Shown: positions 57,582-64,000 of the stretch, piece after piece
How the letters are laid out: every line of letters begins with the position of its first letter
Numbering within the stretch: the stretch's first letter is position 1
Assembly: GCA_019694515.1 (NCBI GenBank)
Contig: JAIBBU010000010.1
Location: forward strand, 35,496-99,495
DNA length: 64,000 nucleotides
Direction: 5' to 3'
DNA from: Oligoflexia bacterium
GTDB lineage: Bacteria; Bdellovibrionota_C; UBA2361; JBGSMV01
Notes under the pieces: model-generated
Databases searched by the model: none
What the model was told of the DNA's origin: nothing
What the model saw: the letters and a program-made list of their open reading frames with translations, nothing else
Program-made: the position numbers and the translations under genes

Positions 57582-58472
57582 CTAAGATCCAAAAAGGCGC
57601 GCAACGGATTTAAGATCGATATCTTCAGTGCTGCGCAGCGAGGATCCCACATTCCGGACTCTGGTGCGCCACGCAGCATCATCAAGGTTGGTTCGCAGGT
57701 TGCTCAAAAATTCTCTCTCATCTTGGTAAAGCACTTTGTCCCGATCTGGGCCGCTGTAGAGCTGCCGCATTTCATTAATCGCGAGGCGTCGTAAATTCTC
57801 TTCAGACCAGCTTTGGGGGGAGGGTATTTTTCTTTGATGGGGCCATTCCCAACCGGTCTTGTGGATGGAGATCTCCATGCGGCCACCCGGATCAGGACGG
57901 AACTGAATGTGATAGTCGCCAATTTCAGCGTCCGCACAGGCCAATTCGCAGCTCGAAGTTAAGTGTGCTTGTTCAACATATCTACCCGCTTGATTAATGA
58001 CCGTATAACTTGAAAATTTCCACATGCGCTCCACTCTCTGCATCACCTGCTGATCTAGACTCAAAACCTGGTCAATCTTTCGCCCGAGTCTGGAGAGATT
58101 TTCTTCCTTTAGGTATGCGTGGATGCGGCCTGCAACGAGACGTTTTACCAAAGGATTGCTCGCATCCCATGATTCGAGCGCCACTGCAACATGCAAGTCA
58201 TCAACATAGGCAATCTCTCCTCCCAACAGCTTTGTTAAAGCTGGGGAATAGCTGTGATTCGCTCCGCTGGATAGACCGATTGACTGCATGAGCTGCCTGG
58301 CCAGACCGTCATATCCTGTACTTTGAGCCGATTCGGCGGAGCGAGCATTCGCTGTAGCCGCGTTTTTTATGCCGGGCAGGGTCGCGGCGTGCAGGGCGGG
58401 GATCTCGGCGCCGCTAAGTAGAGTGCCGGTGGTTTGAAGCACCAAATTCAATTTACGAAAAAGGTCGCGCAT
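57582..58472 (-). CDS. Hypothetical protein (no recognised domain)
   Basis: Start uncertain: the ATG at 58472 has GGAGA 10 nt upstream, and the track ORF extends to 58508. Confidence 0.5.
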   Translation of the reverse strand: MRDLFRKLNLVLQTTGTLLSGAEIPALHAATLPGIKNAATANARSAESAQSTGYDGLARQLMQSIGLSSGANHSYSPALTKLLGGEIAYVDDLHVAVALESWDASNPLVKRLVAGRIHAYLKEENLSRLGRKIDQVLSLDQQVMQRVERMWKFSSYTVINQAGRYVEQAHLTSSCELACADAEIGDYHIQFRPDPGGRMEISIHKTGWEWPHQRKIPSPQSWSEENLRRLAINEMRQLYSGPDRDKVLYQDEREFLSNLRTNLDDAAWRTRVRNVGSSLRSTEDIDLKSVARLFGS

Positions 58473-58600
58473 ATGGCTGCAATCTCCAAGGGTAACTGCC
58501 TCTCTCAAGTTATGCGGCGATGGCGGGCGATGTGCGCCAGGTTCCTGCTCGCATTCAACTAACTTATTGATTGTGTTCGAAAACGGTCGCGCCAGCGGGC

Positions 58601-60118
58601 CTACTCGCTACGCACAAAGATCGTAACCGAGTTTACGCTCTTGGCCGGCAGGTAGCCGGAAGACTCTATTCTTGCGTGTGTTATCCCCCCGATTTTCTTC
58701 CCCCGCATCACGATGTATTGAGGTTCTTTAGCCTCAATTGCGCGCTGCATCCCGCCGGGGGATAGGATCTTGTAGCGATCACTTCTTTCTACTCCGAGTC
58801 GTTGTGCTGCCGGCCAGCCAAAATGATTCTCGGTGTACGGCAGAGCCACGGCGTCGGTACCGAAGATATATCCGGGCCAAAAAGACAGAACTACTGCGCC
58901 GGGATTTATCAAAGTCTCGATTTGGGCCGCTACCTCGTTGACCGCAGGAATGTTCCAATCTCTGGCATTGCGCGGATTATCTATTCCGATCACTCCATCG
59001 CCGGTCCTGGTGAAGCGCTCATAGTCATGGGGAAATGGCAGCGCAAAAATCATGAGGAGCAATGCGCTGCCTGCGAACCCTAACCGCCGTTGCAGATTAG
59101 AGCTGAGCAAGTCAGTCCAGAGCCCTTGCAGCGCCCTCAAAATACAGATGATCAAGAAGGGCACTACCACGCAAAAATACTGTACGTAGGATGGATCTGG
59201 TAACAGGCTTATCCCGATTAACAGTATCGCCATTGTTACCTCGGAATAGATCTTTCGTTGCCGAAAAAATGTGTAGGCAGCGCCGGCAAAACTAATCCAC
59301 AGTAGCAATGCCATCTGAGAGCTTTGCAGTTGGTCGGAGGACTCAAATCCCAGCAATTTTTGGATGATTAGATTTTTGCTTGCTAACTCACGGTGCAAAG
59401 AATGGGGGCTGCGGGTTAAGTGATAGCCGAGGTTGTTAAAGAGGAAGGCATCCGTATCAGATATTAGCAGCGCTCCTACGGGGAGGCCGATCAAAGCACT
59501 GCCAGCAAAGAAATACAGGAGTTCTTTGAAACGCAACCGGCCCCCCAACCAGAGCATCCACAACAGCACCGGAAGACATACCACTAGATAAGCGCGGCAC
59601 CCGACGGCGAGCGCGAAACTCAATCCGCAACCAACGTAAGTTAAGGGGCTGCGTTTCGGAGCCGCCGGGTCGGCTAGGCAGAATGCCAGCAATAAGAAGA
59701 AAGTGGAGGAGGCATAACCCTTGGCCAGAGTCAGCCAGGGAAAGGTCATGCTGCTCACACAAAAAATTAGAACTGCTGCCAGCGCTGCTGTGCGCACCTG
59801 CCAAAAGCGTCTGACCTGCAGATAAACGATCACGCCTGATAGCGCAGCGAACACGCCCGAGAGCGCCCGTCCGCTCTGCCAGCTGATCCCGAATAGCTTC
59901 ATCCAGATGCCATAAAGGTAGGGCAGGACCGGCATCTGGGGGTAAAAAAAGTCGAGGTAGGGAATGCGGCCCTCCATCACCAGGCGCGAGGCCATCAGGT
60001 AGAATCCCTCATCAGGAGCGATCAGGCGGCGCTGACTTAGCACAACAAAAAAAAACGTCAAGAGTATGACGAGGATACTCAAAATTAGAGCATCGTTGCG
60101 GTTGTGCTTTTCAGTCAT
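58601..60118 (-). CDS. GT-C superfamily membrane glycosyltransferase (ArnT/PMT GT39/GT83-like)
   Basis: About 12 predicted TM helices. A DEGFY motif sits in the first extracytoplasmic loop (RLIAPDEGFYLMASRL). Confidence 0.6.
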   Translation of the reverse strand: MTEKHNRNDALILSILVILLTFFFVVLSQRRLIAPDEGFYLMASRLVMEGRIPYLDFFYPQMPVLPYLYGIWMKLFGISWQSGRALSGVFAALSGVIVYLQVRRFWQVRTAALAAVLIFCVSSMTFPWLTLAKGYASSTFFLLLAFCLADPAAPKRSPLTYVGCGLSFALAVGCRAYLVVCLPVLLWMLWLGGRLRFKELLYFFAGSALIGLPVGALLISDTDAFLFNNLGYHLTRSPHSLHRELASKNLIIQKLLGFESSDQLQSSQMALLLWISFAGAAYTFFRQRKIYSEVTMAILLIGISLLPDPSYVQYFCVVVPFLIICILRALQGLWTDLLSSNLQRRLGFAGSALLLMIFALPFPHDYERFTRTGDGVIGIDNPRNARDWNIPAVNEVAAQIETLINPGAVVLSFWPGYIFGTDAVALPYTENHFGWPAAQRLGVERSDRYKILSPGGMQRAIEAKEPQYIVMRGKKIGGITHARIESSGYLPAKSVNSVTIFVRSE

Positions 60119-61042
60119 GATCGGTAGATAACTAATGCCCGAGTATCTCAGATTTGAGTCAGCCTTGGGAGAGCGCTATTATAGAAGCGCAGTATTATAG
60201 AAGCGCAGTCGCGGTGAGCAGTGTCGATTAGAAGTGCCGATGAGCAACGCGCATTGCTGATCATCGCACAATTTGAACACAAGAAGGCTTCAGCCGCTGC
60301 GTTGATCGCTCTTGGAGCGATGAACGAGGCAGGTTGGGATGCAGGTTTGTCGAGCTTGGCCAGCTCTAAATCCGAAAGGAGATTTAAATTAGGCCTTTTT
60401 TGCGTCTCGATTGCTGGTCACAAACACTTGCTTGGGCAGGAGATCATAACTGCCCAACGGCCACCTTTCCCACTGGAGTCTTAGGCAGTGAGCCATCGGA
60501 GGGTTCATTGAGTACCGGGGAATCTCGGCTTGCCGAGAGCGTGTTGACTTCAGGATCGCTGAGAACTTCAGCACTGGAAACGGGTGATACGGCAGAGATC
60601 CGAATTGATGGATCGCTGCTGAAGCTGCGTCTGGTCTCGGCTGAGAACAGCGTGCTCACCCGGCGAAAGAAGGAGACCGGTAAGGAAGTGCGATGCTGCC
60701 TGTTGATGCCCTTCGACACCAAGGACCACAAGCGTAGCGGAATGCTGGGTCCTTACCATGCGAGCTTCGTTCGCGCCGGTCGGGAACTGACGGGTGAAGT
60801 GAAGCTGCACGGAGTCCAGGTCTTCTGGCGAAAGGTGTTCCTGGACGAGTCCGAGTAGCAGCAGCAGTAGTTTGACCGGCAGCATGGGATGGGACAGGTT
60901 TTTCGCCTTCAAGGGAAAGAAACCCCAACCTGCCTCATCCCTTTCGATCAAGAGATCGCCGGGAGAGAGGTTCCCAACGCAGCACTTCAATGATCTCGTG
61001 CTCCCGGTTCCCCCTAAGCAAGATCCTCTAAGCTAACTCAAA

Positions 61043-61594
61043 TCAATTCGACGATCCCTTGACCCCCGCTTTAGCCAACAGTTCACCCAGCGATACCGGC
61101 GACTTCTTAGCCTGTTCGGCAGACTCGGCGGTATGCGATTCCCCGCAGTGTACACAGCTGCCATCTTGATTGAGCTGGGGATGCCAAAATTGATCCATCG
61201 CTAAGATCAGGCTCTGTTCCAATGTATCTCTCAAATCCAGCCCGTCACCTTCAAAGAATACGATGCCGATGTCATCCAAGCTCTCTGGCGATTGACCGAA
61301 CTCCTTGGAGTGGATCTGCTGCAGCACATAGTCGGCTGACACTTCAATATGTCTTGGTACGTCGCGGGCGCAAAGTGAGCAGCCTTGGGTGAAGGTGCCT
61401 TTGATTTTGCCCTTAGTATCCGCACCGCTTGGTGTTCGCGTAACGTGCAGCGACACTTTTGGGGCAGCGGTGAAGCGTATATCGGTCTCGTGTCCTTCCT
61501 GCATACGCTGGTTCAACGCCTCGAAATCCAGGGTATCGTCAATGGCCAGCCCCTCGGGCCCGATGTCGGCAATTCGAATCTTCATGGCAATCAA
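61043..61594 (-). CDS. yceD: YceD/DUF177 family protein (23S rRNA accumulation protein-like)
   Basis: CxxC ... CxxC pairs (GCSLCARD ... SCVHCGES) and an acidic C-terminal region. The overall pattern matches YceD. Confidence 0.7.
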   Translation of the reverse strand: MIAMKIRIADIGPEGLAIDDTLDFEALNQRMQEGHETDIRFTAAPKVSLHVTRTPSGADTKGKIKGTFTQGCSLCARDVPRHIEVSADYVLQQIHSKEFGQSPESLDDIGIVFFEGDGLDLRDTLEQSLILAMDQFWHPQLNQDGSCVHCGESHTAESAEQAKKSPVSLGELLAKAGVKGSSN

Positions 61595-61733
61595 GAATAA
61601 TCAGGGCAATCTGAAAAAGTTCGACTTTTTCGGTAAAAACCCCTATATATTTGTCCGGAAACTTTTAGGCTGAATGCTCGAAAAAGTAAATGTGCCTGTC
61701 AATTTATCGTGCTTGAAGAGGTAGTAGGAAATT

Positions 61734-62207
61734 ATGGCTATTAACAAGGTAATGCTGCTTGGAAATCTCGGTAAGGATCCCGAGCTTCGCTACACCAACC
61801 AACAGTTCCCCGTCGCAAAATTCAGCCTCGCTACTGGTGAGCGCCGCAAGGACGCCTCAGGAAATTGGGGTGAACATACGGAATGGCATAATATTGTAGC
61901 TTTCGGAAAGACAGCAGAGCTTTGCTCGCAATATCTTAAGAAGGGTCGCCAGGTCTTTATCGAAGGACGGATTCAAACCCGTAAGTGGCAAGATAAGGAG
62001 GGCAAGGATCGCTGGACTACCGAGATAATTGCCAATAACGTGCAGTTTGTGGGTAATAAGCCCGGAGCAGGCACCGATAGCGGTGCTAGCTACACCGTCG
62101 AGACTACCAACGCCGGAAATGAACTGCTGGATTCGCTGCCGAGTGCTGACCAGGTCAGCGCCGCCGCCGAACCTCCGGCGTTTGATGACGACGATATTCC
62201 GTTTTAG
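61734..62207 (+). CDS. ssb: Single-stranded DNA-binding protein SSB
   Basis: OB-fold N-terminus (MAINKVMLLGNLGKDPELRYT) and a C-terminal acidic tip DDDIPF. Confidence 0.95.
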   Translation: MAINKVMLLGNLGKDPELRYTNQQFPVAKFSLATGERRKDASGNWGEHTEWHNIVAFGKTAELCSQYLKKGRQVFIEGRIQTRKWQDKEGKDRWTTEIIANNVQFVGNKPGAGTDSGASYTVETTNAGNELLDSLPSADQVSAAAEPPAFDDDDIPF

Positions 62208-62314
62208 CCTGGGTGCCCGTCTTGTAGGCGGGTCGGTACGATCGGTCGGATCGGCTTGGCGCCTTCCAGTGGTGCCAAGCTCCTTCAATACGCTCCTTGG
62301 TATATGTAAATAGT

Positions 62315-62403
62315 GCCATAGAGGTAGGGATTGCTTCGCTTTGCTCGCAATGACGATTCGGTGTCATTGCGAGCAAAGCGAAGCAATCCCTACCTCTATG
62401 ACA
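62315..62403. repeat. MITE-like repeat, copy E (about 38-bp inverted arms CATAGAGGTAGGGATTGCTTCGCTTTGCTCGCAATGAC around an 8-nt centre)
   Basis: Read directly. It lies between convergent ssb and the NUDIX gene. Confidence 0.85.
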
Positions 62404-62620
62404 TTAGTTGCTAGGATCAATGGGAGTATCGAAGGAAAGCCAACCCCAATGAAAATGGCGCCTCATCCTTCGGCTGCGCTATAGCCCATTTCAAAAATGT
62501 GCTCCTGCCCATTTTTGAATCGTTCCCAGTTTGGCAGGGAGACTAAAATGCCCGCGCCTCGCGTCGCCCCAGGAGCCAGCTGCGTTTACCGCACCATTCA
62601 TCCAGCCAGACATGGCGCGG

Positions 62621-63199
62621 CTAGGAGCCATTTTTGAGATGGCTCCTAGGACCTGCATGCTGTAGCTGAAAGAGTGCAAACGCTGCTACTACCAAAGCGT
62701 GCGAGATCGTTCCGGCTGCGATCATATCAATCACTTTCGATAGATCCTGCAGTTCAATAGTGATGTCCTCTCCGGGATCAAGAGCAGGGGCGGAAATTTT
62801 TCGGCACTCTTCCGCAACATACACATGCAGCTGCATGCTCTGCATCGCAGGATTGGGATAGAGCAATCCAAGTTTTTTCAGGCGCGCGCACTCAAATCCG
62901 GTCTCCTCTACTAGCTCCCGGCGGGCGCTCTCTTCCGGGTGCTCCTCTTTCTCAACGCAACCGCCAGGGGTCTCAATCGTATACTCCTCACTGCCATGGC
63001 GGTATTGCCGCACTAATACAACCTTATTGTCCGGCGTCAAGGGGATCACATTGACCCAATTTAGCCCGCGCATCAGAAAGAATTCGAACGGCAAGCCAGT
63101 CCGCGGATTGCGGCGCGTCGAGCGCCGGGCCTCAAAGATCTTGAACTTTGCAGCGAGCTCTTCAGACAGTATCTCCCATCCGGCTTTATTGGTTGGCAT
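62621..63199 (-). CDS. NUDIX hydrolase (ADP-ribose pyrophosphatase-like)
   Basis: The Nudix box GGCVEKEEHPEESARRELVEETGFE is present. Confidence 0.85.
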   Translation of the reverse strand: MPTNKAGWEILSEELAAKFKIFEARRSTRRNPRTGLPFEFFLMRGLNWVNVIPLTPDNKVVLVRQYRHGSEEYTIETPGGCVEKEEHPEESARRELVEETGFECARLKKLGLLYPNPAMQSMQLHVYVAEECRKISAPALDPGEDITIELQDLSKVIDMIAAGTISHALVVAAFALFQLQHAGPRSHLKNGS

Positions 63200-63285
63200 A
63201 CCTCGAATCTACTTGATTTGTCCCGCAAAAGGGAGTCAAAGCGCCGATGGATTTAAGACCGGCCAACCTGTTATGCTGAGCAAGC

Positions 63286-64000
63286 ATGCAAAAGTTCGAC
63301 TTTTTGGTGATTGGCGGCGGGGTAGCAGGGTTAACCTACGCGTTAGAGGTTGCTTCGCACGGTACTGTGGCGGTGCTGTTCAAGCGCGATCTCGAAGATT
63401 CTTCTACGAGTTGGGCGCAGGGCGGAGTCGCCGCTGTGGCCACTGAAAAGGACAGCTTCGAGCTTCATATCCAGGATACCTTGGTGGCGGGGGCTGGAAT
63501 CTGTTCGCAGGACACCGTGCGCATGGTGGTTGAGGAAGGACCTGCGCGCATCGCGGATCTGATTCGCTTTGGCGCGGAGTTCGACCGCCGGGATAAAGGC
63601 GATTATCATCTGCATCAGGAAGGGGGCCATTCACGCCGACGCATCTACCATGCGGCTGATGCAAGCGGGCGGGTGATCCAGCGCTCGCTACTGAATGCCT
63701 GCTTAAATCACTCCAATATTAAGTTCATCACCAACGCGATTGCGATCGATCTGATCACCACCCATAAACTCGGCATGCAGCGTAAAGAACAGAACTGCGT
63801 ACTCGGTGCATATGTAATGCATGCCGGCCGGATAGATTCGTATGTGGCGAAAAGAGTCTTGGTGGCTACCGGGGGAGCCGGAAAGGTTTATCTTTATACC
63901 TCGAATCCCGATATTGCGACCGGCGATGGCATTGCAATGTGCTACCGTGCTGGAGTCGCGGTTGCGAACCTCGAATTTTTCCAATTTCATCCGACCTGCC
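63286..64000 (+). CDS. nadB: L-aspartate oxidase NadB, N-terminal part; the gene continues beyond the window end
   Basis: MQKFDFLVIGGGVAGL (FAD-binding GxGxxG), TSWAQGG, and HYxMGG-like motifs. No stop before position 64000. Confidence 0.9.
   Translation, partial: MQKFDFLVIGGGVAGLTYALEVASHGTVAVLFKRDLEDSSTSWAQGGVAAVATEKDSFELHIQDTLVAGAGICSQDTVRMVVEEGPARIADLIRFGAEFDRRDKGDYHLHQEGGHSRRRIYHAADASGRVIQRSLLNACLNHSNIKFITNAIAIDLITTHKLGMQRKEQNCVLGAYVMHAGRIDSYVAKRVLVATGGAGKVYLYTSNPDIATGDGIAMCYRAGVAVANLEFFQFHPTC

Noticed and set aside
60400-60858. ORF 60400..60858(+), considered as a PilZ-domain or other small protein
   Set aside because: It has an RRKKE stretch but no DxSxGG motif, no RBS, it overlaps equally long antisense ORFs, and its composition is poor. 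I left it unannotated and flagged the whole gap as a finding instead.
60860-61042. Looked for rpmF (L32) or plsX downstream of the yceD-like gene
   Set aside because: A reverse-complement read of this stretch shows no MAVQQNKKS-like L32 ORF. The yceD-rpmF linkage seen in other bacteria is not conserved here.
1-64000. Scanned for CRISPR arrays, rRNA, transposase or integrase genes, and prophage or defence-island content
   Set aside because: No evenly spaced direct repeats, no rRNA-like conserved stretches, and no DDE or tyrosine-recombinase motifs were seen. The only repeats are the non-autonomous palindromic elements described above.

Overview
This 64 kb window looks like bacterial chromosomal DNA (about 58% GC by eye). 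It is gene-dense on both strands with roughly 55 protein-coding genes. I found no rRNA, tRNA, CRISPR array, transposase or integrase. All calls are made by eye from the six-frame translations and the raw sequence. Coordinates I derived by hand, mainly start-codon corrections and repeat boundaries, may be off by 1 to 3 nt.

The recognisable core is housekeeping. It includes grpE-dnaK-dnaJ, lon, ssb, recO, maf-yggS, nadB (cut by the window end) and a yceD-like gene. There is a tetR / RND-adaptor / RND-permease efflux operon and an ABC exporter. A Leloir galactose cluster (galE, galK, galT) also carries an unusual inositol-monophosphatase::UDP-sugar-pyrophosphorylase fusion gene. Fatty-acid and CoA genes are present (PaaI thioesterase, crotonase, acyl-CoA dehydrogenase, CoA-transferase), along with CBS-domain proteins and secreted HEXXH proteases.

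The most interesting locus lies at about 27.2 to 29.6 kb. A small Sec-signal-peptide protein with EGKCG / NCGEGK cysteine repeats is followed directly by a DUF692 (MNIO) enzyme and a DUF2063 partner, with a translationally coupled YggT-family membrane protein after that. This is the architecture of an HvfA / bufferin / methanobactin-like RiPP metallophore cluster, here with non-canonical accessory genes. It is flanked by two large proteins of unknown function.

Other points worth a second look:
- A PspF-type (sensor-less) sigma-54 activator is co-operonic with a strongly divergent EF-G paralogue whose switch-II catalytic His is replaced by Tyr.
- A near-consensus sigma-54 -24/-12 promoter drives an Hsp20 gene divergently from that activator.
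- A family of palindromic MITE-like elements with perfect terminal inverted repeats of up to 43 bp (core GTCATTGCGAGCGGAGCGAAGCAATCCCTAC) occurs at eight or more intergenic loci, mostly between convergent genes.
- A roughly 900 bp stretch at 60.1 to 61.0 kb has no convincing gene.
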